64,000 bases of DNA from the IMG/VR virus record IMGVR_UViG_3300033153_016044, positions 1 through 64,000 of that record; one strand, given 5' to 3'. This DNA comes from a virus. The translations under genes and the position numbers were made by a program. The stretch's first letter is position 1, and the number at the start of each line of letters is the position of its first letter. Positions 35,918 through 47,100 of this stretch are shown in pieces. Below the pieces are notes generated by a model. That model worked only from the letters and a program-made list of their open reading frames with translations, was not told the DNA's origin and did no database searches.

Positions 35918-38325
35918 TATCCGAAATCTAACCCTCCTCCATTTAAACTAGAATCAGAGAACCCAATATGTGAACCAAATCCTTTATCCACATTTACATT
36001 ATGTCCGCTAATAAAACCAGCTTGTTGTTGTGGCAACACTCTGCCTCCACCATTGTTAACCATATAAGCTATAAGAGCTAACTCTTCTTTACTTATTTCA
36101 CCAAACTTTCTTGTATATGTTTGAAGTGAATAGCTAGTCTTAACTCCACCGTCACCAAAGCTTATACTAATAGAGTTTATATTTGAATTCTTTTCAAGAG
36201 AATCCCCAATGCTAAATTGAGGAAATCCTTCTACTTGAATGCTAGCAGAGAATGCCTCCTTCTGTAATGATGTAGCATTATCTACTTTTATCTGCATGGA
36301 TTCTATCATTGCTCCTATACTTCCAAATTCCCATGGAGCAAATCCATCATCCTGTATAATTTGAACCTTACCCTGAGAATCAGCTCCAAGATTACTTGAG
36401 AACACAGGACCATATCTAATATTTCTAGAACGTGTAGGTATATAGGCAAAGCTTGGCCCATAAGCAAAAGCGTGCACTCCAAAAAACGAAGAACCATAAA
36501 AAGCTATGTATCTACCATGAAGTTTTTCATGAGCTTCTATCGTACCTATGCCTCTGCCGTCTGCGATTTCTAAAGCATCCGACATTAATTTATTTTTTAG
36601 GGGTGTCTTCTCAAAAACACCTCCAGGAATAGTTACAACACCATCCTTATCTACCGTGCATGATACATACAGAGACGTTTTAACAGAACCAAATGGACTA
36701 GCAGATTCCTTATAAATATAACTAGCGGTATCTTTAATCTCTAAAGTTACATCATTGGGGTCATATGCATTAACTAATTTTAATACCAGAATAGCCTCTC
36801 CGGCATTAATAATTCTATTGACAAACGTGGAACCATAAACAATAGAATTTCTAGCAAAAGATTGTTGATTACCAAATAGTTGTGTTAAATTCTCTAGCCC
36901 CAGAGAGAATGCACCTCCAGCAGCTTCTGAGGAAAATTCTACATAAGCTTTAGTTCTTCCATCGTTCTGCCTAAAATATTCATTAGGGTCATCGTTTCCC
37001 CCTACTACATCTCTAGTCCACGCAGATTGAATTACCTCATCTAATATTGTATCATGAACAAATCTTTTTCCATATGAAGATTTTGCATGTGCTTCAAGTT
37101 TTTTATATACAGCTCCGACCTCGGCCCGCTTTGCTATTTTTAGCTTAAGTAAAGCAGCAGCTCTTTTTGTATTAAAAGTAGGGACTTTATCTTTATCATT
37201 AGGCTCGTCAACATCATTCAAATCTGCAATTAAACTTACTATGCCAGCTATATCATCATCTCCAAATCCAGGACCATATCTACTCATTCCAAAAGAACTT
37301 TCATTTGATTCTACTGTAGTTTTAGATTTTTCATTTCCTAACCACAGTTCCCACTGATGTTTTCCAGCTATTACTGCTATCATTTCATCTTCTGTCATTA
37401 TATAATTATTAAATCCACCTTCAATAGATAAGTCAATTGGCTCATTAGCCATACCTAATATTGCTACCTTAGTTAGATTCTCAAGTGGTGCACCCTGCAG
37501 GGCCATACAAGAAACTTCATTTCTAAGTTCTATCCCAGAGGTTGCAGTTATTACTCTCTCATCATGCTGGTCTAAGAAGCTTTGCAGGTCTATGTCTATA
37601 TTATCAGTAGACCTATCAATTACTTTTACAGTTACCTCTATGATGCCATCTGCTCTCTTCTCCGATTCAACAAACCAATCAAACGCATGTCTCTGTGACA
37701 AATCTTCTATTAGATTAGAAATGGGCGTTAGGTTTGTATTAACTCTGTGGTTGGGATTTACTATCGCTGCAACCTCGTCTAAATTAAATACATATCGCTC
37801 TCCAAATACATTGGCGATTTGTTGAGGAATAGGAATTACTGCAGTTCCAAATAAAACATTATCCCCCTTTAGGGCGCTAACTATTCTTTCGAATGGCATA
37901 CCAGATTGATTCCATCCAGATAAGTTAATAAGACCTGCTCCATAAGGACCATATATATCAAGGACGGAACAGCCAGTATTATTTATTGTATCTATGATTG
38001 CCTGAGAGCCCGGAGCAAGAATCACAGGAATAGATTTCATTATCTCTCTTGGGTCAGATACGGATACTCTAATTGTTCTTCCGGAAATATTAGTCACATC
38101 TATTTCATATCTAGTCAGCACACCAGAGAAGCTCCAGGAATCTCCCAGGGTTATTGTTTGAAAGGTTCCTACCTCCGGAAATTCAAATAATGCATCATCA
38201 TCTTCTACGATAGTCACAGAAGCTGTACTTGGACTAGTAGAAAGACCTAGACTATTAGATATGTTTTTTATATATGAACCGAGGAACTTATTTGCTCCCC
38301 CACCACCTAAATCAGTTGCCGTCAT
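35917..38325 (-). CDS. Putative tail hub/baseplate protein
   Basis: Position; N-terminal FLGSYI...TVTIVED and C-terminal APWEFG...SISFGDGGVKTSY beta-rich pattern. Confidence 0.55.
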   Translation of the reverse strand: MTATDLGGGGANKFLGSYIKNISNSLGLSTSPSTASVTIVEDDDALFEFPEVGTFQTITLGDSWSFSGVLTRYEIDVTNISGRTIRVSVSDPREIMKSIPVILAPGSQAIIDTINNTGCSVLDIYGPYGAGLINLSGWNQSGMPFERIVSALKGDNVLFGTAVIPIPQQIANVFGERYVFNLDEVAAIVNPNHRVNTNLTPISNLIEDLSQRHAFDWFVESEKRADGIIEVTVKVIDRSTDNIDIDLQSFLDQHDERVITATSGIELRNEVSCMALQGAPLENLTKVAILGMANEPIDLSIEGGFNNYIMTEDEMIAVIAGKHQWELWLGNEKSKTTVESNESSFGMSRYGPGFGDDDIAGIVSLIADLNDVDEPNDKDKVPTFNTKRAAALLKLKIAKRAEVGAVYKKLEAHAKSSYGKRFVHDTILDEVIQSAWTRDVVGGNDDPNEYFRQNDGRTKAYVEFSSEAAGGAFSLGLENLTQLFGNQQSFARNSIVYGSTFVNRIINAGEAILVLKLVNAYDPNDVTLEIKDTASYIYKESASPFGSVKTSLYVSCTVDKDGVVTIPGGVFEKTPLKNKLMSDALEIADGRGIGTIEAHEKLHGRYIAFYGSSFFGVHAFAYGPSFAYIPTRSRNIRYGPVFSSNLGADSQGKVQIIQDDGFAPWEFGSIGAMIESMQIKVDNATSLQKEAFSASIQVEGFPQFSIGDSLEKNSNINSISISFGDGGVKTSYSLQTYTRKFGEISKEELALIAYMVNNGGGRVLPQQQAGFISGHNVNVDKGFGSHIGFSDSSLNGGGLDFG

Positions 38326-38332
38326 TAATCAC

Positions 38333-40321
38333 CTATGTATTAGTGTATTTCCAGGTCACACTTCTAGTAAAAACAAGAGTCTGCCTATTGAACGAATATT
38401 GGTCTGCCGTTTTAAATGTCTTAGTCGCTACAGGTTGTTCTCCTCTAGAATTTGTAAGAGGAGTATTACTAATCAGTATATTAGATTCTGTAAGAGCTTC
38501 AAGTTCTAGCAGCCCTTGGTTTGTAGTATCTACTGAGCCACAATCGTTACCACTAGCCTGCATTGTATATGTAATCTTGAGGGTTTTTTGTGAGCCTGTT
38601 ACAGTCTCTTGGTCCTGAAGAATGGGGCCGGTTGCCTTTTGAGGAATAGGAATTTCAGCAACCACATCTGCTGGTAGTGTGTAGTTAACATCAATCTTCT
38701 CATCTCGAATACTTGGGTTGGCTGTAGTAAATCTATTATCAAACCTTGATGAATATGTCAATGTCCCGTTTAGTTTATTAAACCCCAAAGAAGTCTGAAC
38801 AGCGGAGGCCCCAAGACAAGTTCCAGGTGGGATAATTTCCAATGCTCTACTATTAATTAGTCCCTGAATACTAGAATAAAAGGCTCCAGATGCGGCAATG
38901 AATCTTTCAATGCTATTTGTGCCTAGCTCAGCAGCCAAGCCCTGAATGGTTCCATTCACAGTTACCGTAGTGGATGCATTCTCTATACTTTGCTCACGAG
39001 CAACCTGATATTCTTCTCTGTAAAGAGCGGTTCCTTGCTCTCTAAAGCTCCTGGTTAATGAGAATGATTTTGCAATTTCATCTCTTTGATAACTAACTGC
39101 TTCAATATTACCAGAGAGGGATGCATCAAAGAATGGTTCAACTGTTGAGTTAATAGGAAAGTTACTTGCGAAACAATAATCTATCGCTGACTGAATACCT
39201 GAATCACTAGCTAATCTTATCGACGCGGAGGTCGCTACAGTCTGTGAAACTGTTCCATCTTCATTCCTCTGTAGAGAATAGGAAATCGCCCGGCTTTCAA
39301 TCGGGTCATCGTTTATTACACCAAAAGTAATAGAGTAGCTTACCGTGCCGGCAAATCTATTTTCACTCAAAGATTTTGATGCTATGTCACTAGCGGTAAG
39401 AAATCCAATCTCAACAGCTACTACATTATTAAATCCATCTAATGCATTATTAAGTTTCTCTGTAGTAGTATCTCCGTAACCAAGAACGGTTCCATTAATA
39501 GTTAGAGATTCTACTAACACCCCTAAGTCATCTAGTTCATAAGACCTATCAATAGTTCTATCATCCTTATAGTTTCCGGAGGCCATAATCCAAGTTTCAC
39601 TAACAGCATAGGATGCATTAGTTTCATTGATACTCTCCGACCTAATATGATTAAACTCAAACAGGTTGTCAGCATCTACTACAGGGGGGAGGAATGGCGC
39701 AGTCAGGAATGCATACTGAGTTCTATCTAGCGTATCTACCCTAGCGAGGACGAACGTCTTTGCGTTATCCAAGGCTCCCATTCCATCTTGGTTAGATATA
39801 CCCACTGCACTTACACTGTGGCTTACAGCTATTGTATCATCTTCTTGTGTAGAGAAATCCCAGGACTCATCAAACTCACTAACCTTACAGTTAGCATCGA
39901 AGCCTTCTTCATACTCAAACTGAATAGAGTAATCTCTCTTCTGAACCATTTGGCTTTCTGGAAAATCTATAGATACAACTTTTGGAAACACGCTCAACAT
40001 CGGATAGCCACTGCCATCTACAATTAGAAGGTTGCCTCTATCTTCATCTAGAGCTGCACACAGTTGGTCAGATTTTCTATCAAGAAGCTCAAAGCAAGAG
40101 GCGTTAGGGTCTACTCCAGATAGAGCAGGTAGACTAGGAAGTAGTGTTCCAGTAAACGTAAGAGAATGTATAACCCCTAGTCTTGTTTCTACTCCGTCTT
40201 TTATTTTAGTTAACGTTTGTTTGCTATCTTGTATAAGCGGCACTGGACTAAAGCAATATGCTAGACCATCTGACTGTCTTACATAATACATTTGTGTGCC
40301 GGCATTAGGATTCGCACTCAT
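38333..40321 (-). CDS. Putative distal tail protein with repeated beta-rich domains
   Basis: Position; repeated TINGTV/TVNGTI...G motifs and ESW/ETW motifs. Confidence 0.55.
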   Translation of the reverse strand: MSANPNAGTQMYYVRQSDGLAYCFSPVPLIQDSKQTLTKIKDGVETRLGVIHSLTFTGTLLPSLPALSGVDPNASCFELLDRKSDQLCAALDEDRGNLLIVDGSGYPMLSVFPKVVSIDFPESQMVQKRDYSIQFEYEEGFDANCKVSEFDESWDFSTQEDDTIAVSHSVSAVGISNQDGMGALDNAKTFVLARVDTLDRTQYAFLTAPFLPPVVDADNLFEFNHIRSESINETNASYAVSETWIMASGNYKDDRTIDRSYELDDLGVLVESLTINGTVLGYGDTTTEKLNNALDGFNNVVAVEIGFLTASDIASKSLSENRFAGTVSYSITFGVINDDPIESRAISYSLQRNEDGTVSQTVATSASIRLASDSGIQSAIDYCFASNFPINSTVEPFFDASLSGNIEAVSYQRDEIAKSFSLTRSFREQGTALYREEYQVAREQSIENASTTVTVNGTIQGLAAELGTNSIERFIAASGAFYSSIQGLINSRALEIIPPGTCLGASAVQTSLGFNKLNGTLTYSSRFDNRFTTANPSIRDEKIDVNYTLPADVVAEIPIPQKATGPILQDQETVTGSQKTLKITYTMQASGNDCGSVDTTNQGLLELEALTESNILISNTPLTNSRGEQPVATKTFKTADQYSFNRQTLVFTRSVTWKYTNT

Positions 40322-40329
40322 ATTTTCTC

Positions 40330-43300
40330 CTAATTAATAAAACCAGATGGTAATGTGATTGAAAGTAACGGACAAAGAGGGAAGTTGTGAGATGGACATG
40401 CAGAAGAAGAACTTTCGGCAACTATACTTCCGATTAATGTTCCCCAAATTTCAGAACTAGGAAGACCAACACCAGTTAAGTATCCATGAATACTTGTAGT
40501 AATAATTCCACTTACTCCGAATACATAACCATGTATAGATGAAGAATTAAATCCCAACCCACTAGCATAACCATGAATACTACTTGGAATTTCATCAGAA
40601 GCATCGACAAAACCATGAATGGTCATATCGGCAGCTCCACTTAATACATACCCTTTAATAGTTGAGGTTGCAATAGGTGGCCGCTTAACATAGCCATGAA
40701 TAGCTTGCGCGCTAATCTCACCCTTTAGATATCCATGAAGAAAGTTAACACCAGGAACTACATTAGATGTAGATGGGTTACCCACTAGGCCACCACCAGA
40801 AGGAACAAGCCCCTCACTACCTAGATAACCATATATACTAGAGTTGGGATAATTACCCAATAGATATCCATGAACAGATATCGACCCTGACCCAATAGGT
40901 GGCAATACATATCCATAAATAGCCTTTTGGTTTGGACCGAGCCCAAAGATTCCTCCATCCCAACCTTGAGTAAAGCCGTGTCTAAACTTACTAGTAAACT
41001 CTCCAGACTCACCAGCTATATAACCATGAATAAGCTGAGCCCCAGTAAGGCCTTCTAGGTATCCATGAATATTATCTTGACTTGACATATCTCCGGAGCC
41101 AAAGCCTCCGATTAGGAAGCCATCGATTACAGAACTAACACCAGTAGGGTCTACGGGAACATTACCAAATAAATAACTATGAACTTGAGAGGTTGTTAAT
41201 TCATGTCCATGCAAAAACCCATGAATTAAACCAGAGGCTTCTGTTCCAAGACCTACTAAATAACCATCTCTAAATGATTGTTGTGGTAGACCAGACGGAA
41301 TATATCCATGAATAAATTCTGTAGCAATACCAGAACTAATTACATATCCATTTATACTACTTATCTCGAACGGACTTCCACCAGTCAAATATCCATAGCG
41401 CTGATGTCTTGGTCCAAATTCAATATCTACAGGGTCAAGACCGAATACACCATCAATCCAAGCAGCACCATAGGGATATAGAAGTCTGTCAGCAGGAATA
41501 TCATAGACGCCCTTTGTGTATACCCACTTTAAAGTTTGAGCCCCTGCAAGACTAGTAGAAAAAGTTTCTCTTTCTCCAAGTTCAGGAATGTTTGAGTTAA
41601 AAGCATCTAGAGTATGCCAATGCATATCTCCATAAGTTTCTTGAAGAACATTATCTATAAAGAATTCAATCTTATCATCTACGTGAACATCCGAACGTAT
41701 ATAAAATCCAAACTCTCTACCAGCACTGCCGTCTGGTAATCTTTCATCTATATTGACATCAATATCTACTTCCAGAATAGCAGAATGTCCTGGTTGTATT
41801 CCTCCGCTCGGTACTATCCTTAGTGGACTACCCAATCCAGAAGCATCTCCAATAGCCTCGCTTCTTATAGAAAATCCATCATCAGTTCCTCTTTGTGGAA
41901 ATACAAATGACCAAATTCCACTCTGTACAGTTCCATCAAAATCAACTGGAAGAGGAGTAGATGGCAAGAAATTTGTTCTAGTGGCATTACCACTTGCTAC
42001 AATTCCCCATTCAAAATCTCCAGATGTTCTCCAGCCTTCTGGTAGAGTCCCCTGTTCTTGTCTGAATGTTTGTTGTGTAGTTTGTAGTGGGCTTCTTACA
42101 ATCTGTCTGTTATATGGGGGCGGGTCAGAGGTCGAGTTAGACCATGTTACAACTTCTGGATTAGTAGCTGCTGGACCAAATAATTTAATTTCATATACTC
42201 TTGAACTACTTTGTATAGAGTTAAAAAATTGAAGTGTTACAAATTTTGCAGTAAATGGGTTAATGTTAAAAATTGGAACTAGCGATGCTACGTTTAAAGA
42301 TTCTGTAACAGTCTGTGTTCCAGCCATATATTTTTCTAATGAACTATTTTGTGGAGGAAGCGAACTAATTGCACCAGATGGTATTGTAAATAATCTAACA
42401 TGGTTTATTCCATCTAGTGTTCCCGATACAGCTATGCCGGGAGCAGACGTTGTTCCATTTCTTTGTAGTACCTCTACTCTTTCTATAGTTCTAATCTTGT
42501 CTAATTCAAGAGTTAATGTATAGCCATCTCTGACTCTACCATAGGTAGTATTATCATCATCAAAAAGATTAGGAGATTCTTCATAATGAGATGTGAACTG
42601 TACGTTAGTATATGCAGCAATGCCTGTAAAGATTTCATTGGCCGTGCCGGACGTAAGAGTATAGTCAATGGTAAATTCTGATTCTTGCCACCTACCTAAT
42701 GCGGGAGATTGTTCTACATCCCATACTGTTAAGATTCCACCAGAAGGATATGTTGAAACATGTCCCTGCGTAACTAGTAGTTCTTGCTTTGTGCCGCTGG
42801 CACCCGCGGGCTCTGTGGGATGCTTTAGTGCTTTAAATCCTCCCCAGAATAATGTATTGCTCCAGCCTCCAGTTTGAGATTGGCCCACAGATGCAGGATG
42901 TTTAAGACCCTTATCTTGGTCATCCATGGTAGGAAATACCCAGTTGCTTCCATCAAAGTCAGCCTTGAATCTTCCTATTGATTGTTTTCCCCATTCGTTT
43001 TTCTTTTGAAAATAGAATAAGAATTCTCCATCATCATTAAAAGAGAAGTCACAATTAGTTCCTTCTCCTGGGAAGTTATGTCTTGTTACACCTTCTCCTG
43101 AAAAATTATTAGGACCTATACCATACATATCGCCAGTGGGCACAATTCCAGATTGGATTAGTAATCCGCTTGTGCTACCATTAAGACTACCAGCTTTTGT
43201 TACCCAACTATTTTCTGTTCCATTTGCTATATCTTTTACATTTATATATTCATCTGTATCTTCTGTCCAGTGATAAATACTCTGACCTACCCCTCCAATT

Positions 43301-44106
43301 CCAGAAGAGCATACAACGGCCATGCCGTGACTTCCATTGAGTCCGCTGCCAATGGCCATGCTGGGACCAAAGCGCACCTCGTCTGATTCAATAGCTCTCT
43401 CATCAGGAGTTCCAAACCAGCCACCAAAATCTCTATGCCATGTTTTTAGTTCATTATCTTCTGCATCATAGTATGTAGCATACGATGTTTTAAGTCCGAA
43501 GATTTCCGATACATATATAATAGGGAATCCGCCACTTGCACCTGCGGCGATATCTCCAAACTGAAGAGGGTCCAAAGAGGGGGCTACATTATACGGCGTT
43601 CCCAATACGGCAGTAGTCATGTCATTAGCAGAATCTTTGACAATCATTTTTACTGCGGGGAAACTAATGCCGGCTACTTCACTAGCGAACGGATGTTCTT
43701 GCATAGTAAGTGAGCCCTGAAAGCCTTTAGCTAAATTTCCAGAATCACCAGCAGCAACTAGCCCAATAGGACCTATGCCGCTTGCTCTCGTCCAACCACC
43801 GCCTGGTAGCTTACCTACAAACTGATAGCAACCAGAGCCATTAAACCTGAAGCCACAATGTATATGACCACTCCTATCCATTACTGTATCAAAGTTATTA
43901 TGGATATGAAAGTCTTCTACTGGGAATAAAAGCTCAGGAGCACTCCATGATAATCCACCATTAGTAGATGTTATAAAATCAACTTCACTAGTTCCTGAAC
44001 CATAGGCTAGAAATATTTCATCATCATTGGGGTCTTGCCAAAAAGCCCTGCCCCACTGAGGGAGTCTCATATCTTGAGAACCCGTAGTGGCTATTGAAAA
44101 AATCAT
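40330..44106 (-). CDS. Large virion protein (putative fibre/receptor-binding) with C-terminal IHGY repeats
   Basis: Directly after tape measure; Asp-box-like TSTNGGLSW; Gly/Ser-rich; ~21 repeats. Confidence 0.6.
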   Translation of the reverse strand: MIFSIATTGSQDMRLPQWGRAFWQDPNDDEIFLAYGSGTSEVDFITSTNGGLSWSAPELLFPVEDFHIHNNFDTVMDRSGHIHCGFRFNGSGCYQFVGKLPGGGWTRASGIGPIGLVAAGDSGNLAKGFQGSLTMQEHPFASEVAGISFPAVKMIVKDSANDMTTAVLGTPYNVAPSLDPLQFGDIAAGASGGFPIIYVSEIFGLKTSYATYYDAEDNELKTWHRDFGGWFGTPDERAIESDEVRFGPSMAIGSGLNGSHGMAVVCSSGIGGVGQSIYHWTEDTDEYINVKDIANGTENSWVTKAGSLNGSTSGLLIQSGIVPTGDMYGIGPNNFSGEGVTRHNFPGEGTNCDFSFNDDGEFLFYFQKKNEWGKQSIGRFKADFDGSNWVFPTMDDQDKGLKHPASVGQSQTGGWSNTLFWGGFKALKHPTEPAGASGTKQELLVTQGHVSTYPSGGILTVWDVEQSPALGRWQESEFTIDYTLTSGTANEIFTGIAAYTNVQFTSHYEESPNLFDDDNTTYGRVRDGYTLTLELDKIRTIERVEVLQRNGTTSAPGIAVSGTLDGINHVRLFTIPSGAISSLPPQNSSLEKYMAGTQTVTESLNVASLVPIFNINPFTAKFVTLQFFNSIQSSSRVYEIKLFGPAATNPEVVTWSNSTSDPPPYNRQIVRSPLQTTQQTFRQEQGTLPEGWRTSGDFEWGIVASGNATRTNFLPSTPLPVDFDGTVQSGIWSFVFPQRGTDDGFSIRSEAIGDASGLGSPLRIVPSGGIQPGHSAILEVDIDVNIDERLPDGSAGREFGFYIRSDVHVDDKIEFFIDNVLQETYGDMHWHTLDAFNSNIPELGERETFSTSLAGAQTLKWVYTKGVYDIPADRLLYPYGAAWIDGVFGLDPVDIEFGPRHQRYGYLTGGSPFEISSINGYVISSGIATEFIHGYIPSGLPQQSFRDGYLVGLGTEASGLIHGFLHGHELTTSQVHSYLFGNVPVDPTGVSSVIDGFLIGGFGSGDMSSQDNIHGYLEGLTGAQLIHGYIAGESGEFTSKFRHGFTQGWDGGIFGLGPNQKAIYGYVLPPIGSGSISVHGYLLGNYPNSSIYGYLGSEGLVPSGGGLVGNPSTSNVVPGVNFLHGYLKGEISAQAIHGYVKRPPIATSTIKGYVLSGAADMTIHGFVDASDEIPSSIHGYASGLGFNSSSIHGYVFGVSGIITTSIHGYLTGVGLPSSEIWGTLIGSIVAESSSSACPSHNFPLCPLLSITLPSGFIN
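40430..41400 (-). repeat. About 21 degenerate protein repeats, [I/V/R]-H-G-[Y/F]-phi-x-G, mostly ~13-17 aa period
   Basis: RYGY, INGY, IHGY, RDGY, IHGF ... IHGY, IWGT read in translation. Confidence 0.85.
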
Positions 44107-44115
44107 TTAATCATC

Positions 44116-47100
44116 CTATGTAAGGTTGCTTCCGCGAACTCTTGCTTTATTAGGCTTTCCTGTTCTAGGAGAATCCAAAAAGTGAACGAGACTAGCAGAC
44201 CCACCCCTATCTATCTCGGTCTGAACAAGTTTCGAAACAGTCTCAGCAATTACTTCTACCTGGTCTTCAAGTCCAGTTCCTATCAAGGCCTGCACTAGCT
44301 GCTCTGCGAATTCCTCTCCCTTAATTATACTTTCAATCTTAGCATTTAGCTCAAGCTCCATGGGGGCAACATTTACGTCTAGCTGGCCTTCGCTAAGTGC
44401 GGCGCTGAACTGAGTAACCCATAGCTGACAGGCCTCATCGAATTTTTCTTTGAAAGAATTAATAAAGTCTTCACGAGAAGCTTCGTCTATAATTAGCTTA
44501 GCCTGTTGTGCTTCTGCTAATTTCTTTCTTTGAATTGTGTTCTGTGTATGCTGTGCTGCCTGCTCTTGTTTATGTGCACTTGTAGCATTGAATAAGCTAT
44601 CCATCTTTGCATTAAACTGTTGCATAAAGTTTGCCGTCTTCTTTGCTGCATCCACTACTGGCTTATTGGCATCCGCAGTTTGTTGGCCTGCGGCGGCTAT
44701 TGCTGCAGATGTTTTTTCTTGCTGAACCAATAGGTGGTCAATTCCTGCAGAGATAAGAACATTGGGGTCTCTATCATCCGTGATTAGTCCTTCCTTAATA
44801 GCATCAAGCCTTTCTTTCTCTCCCTGCTGTAGTGAATACTGGGCTTTTAATTGCTCTAGGTTTTCTTTAGCAACAACTAGGGCTTCTGCGGTTAGGTTTC
44901 CGAATACTCCCTCTTTTTCAAACTGCCCCTCGTTAACCGAGACGATTCTTTCCATGGCTGCAATCTGTCTAGCTAGGGGGTCGTTCATTACATTAGAAAG
45001 GGCTTGTTCTAGTTTTCCCTTTTCGTCATTGGAAGCCGCTTCTCTAGCAGCATTAATTTCAGCAGCTAATGTTCCAGGAGAAAGAATTTCAGACAGAGCA
45101 GTCTTTAGGTCTGCAGAGCCCTCTCCTCCGTTAGTTTTATCAAGAAGCTCTCCAGCTAGTGCGCTAACTAAGACTTTATTAAAATCTTCTTCACTGTTAA
45201 CTAGTCCAGACCTCTGAGCAATAGCCTCCAGAGCCTTGCTATTAAGCCCAAGGTCATTTGCTAGGACTTCAAATTGACTTCCAAACTTACTTATGTCAGC
45301 ATCAGGGTCAGCTATTCGTGTCTTTATAGCTTCGGCAAAATCAAAGCCAAGCCTCTTAGATAACTGTTCTACGAGGCCACCCTCGTCTACTCTCTTGGCC
45401 TTCTGTGTTGATATGGCTGCTTGTGCTGCTCTAGACAATTCAACCTTTGGTGCTGCGGTGGCTGCTGTTGTTGAAGCCGTTGCTGCGGCTCTTTGGGCGT
45501 CTGCCTTAGAGAGGGTCTCTGCGGCGGCTGCCCTGAGCGCTTCTCCTGCATCCTTTAGTCTTTCATTATTATCTTTAACGGCACCCAGGCTGGTTATTGT
45601 TTTTTCTGCGGCTGCAGCTTGTTCACATGCTGCAGCAAAAGCTTTGTTCGCAGCGGTCGCCTGTGTTTCGGCAGCAACCCTTACGGCAGAGTCTGTTTCA
45701 GAACTAAGTCTTATATCTCCGCTAGCATCTATATTAAATTTTTCTGTTGCTATTCTTTTAATTTCGGCGGCCCCTAATTCTGTACTTATTCTAGCTGCTT
45801 CAGTAGCATTGGCTACGGCTGCTGCACCAGTAGCTAGGCTGGTAGTAAAACCACCCATGGCTTTAATCACGTCAACCCCACCTGTTGCTAGTGATTTTTC
45901 TAGTACTTTGATTCTATCTGCAATAAATGATTTCTTAAAATCTGACTCAAACTGCTCAGTAGTCTTTGCTGTTTCTAGTAGTCTTTTATTAAGCGCTGCG
46001 AATGCATCTTGGGCTTCAAAGAAAACTTTCGCTTCATCATCTGTTAATAAGTTAGGATTTATTCTTCCTTCTTTTAATTCGGTAGCTGCTATAAAAAGCT
46101 TAGCAACTTGAGCAAGAGAATCTCCCGTCCCATCGAGGCCAATCTGTCCACCACTAGCTACTGCAGCTATTGCTGAGGGGATTCCTTTTAGCAATGTTCC
46201 CACATCAAAATCTGTAGCAAGCTTTGATATGGTATTTTGTTGTCCCTCTAGTCTCCCTAATGTTTTAGATAAGTCCTGTAGAATAGCTGCATCTCTTTTT
46301 TGTTGACTACTACGAGATGTTGTCCGAGCCTCTAGTCCTATCGCGAATGCCTTCTTATCGGACTCTCCTACATTTCCCTTTCTAAGAGCAAATAATTCTT
46401 CTAGTGCACGTTTGATTACTGTTGGCTGACCACCAACCTTCACTTCTCTTGCATCCCTAATGTCTTTAAGTAAACTACTTACATTAACTAAAGAAGAAAC
46501 AATTTGTTTATCTCCCTCTGTAGCTTGCGGAATTTTAGTATCGAAACTATCTTTGAGAAGGCTTACTTGAGAGGCCACTTTTTCTAAATTTCTCTTAGTA
46601 TTAGTAGCGTTTGTTATTGCTGTATCAGCAGTTCCTTTTGTTGCAGCTACAATTGAAATTATTCCATCTAACTGCTTCAAGAAGGTTTCACTCTGGTCAT
46701 TCATGAGGCTTGAAATAACTTTTTCTTCATCAAGTAATTTGATTAATTCTAGTTTATTATCTTGTTGAACTTTTATTAGTTCGCTGACTTCATTAAGAAG
46801 GGCTTGTTCCTGAGTAATCTGCTCCTCTAGTAGTTTTGCATTTGGGTTTGCGGCAAGTCTTGCAAACAAAGATGTCAATTGTCCAGGAGTAATTCCTTCT
46901 ACTAGGCTCTTTCCTCTAGACTCTGCGACCTCGAACCCTTCAAAGATAGACTTTAGAGCCTCTCCACCTAGCTGTTTGTTTACCGTAGTAATAATCTTTA
47001 GTAGGCCCTTTTCAATATTGCCGCTATTTACTTTCGCTAATTGCAATACATCTTCAGACTCGAATAGCTTGAGAGAGTTTTCTAGAAACTCCTTTGGTGT

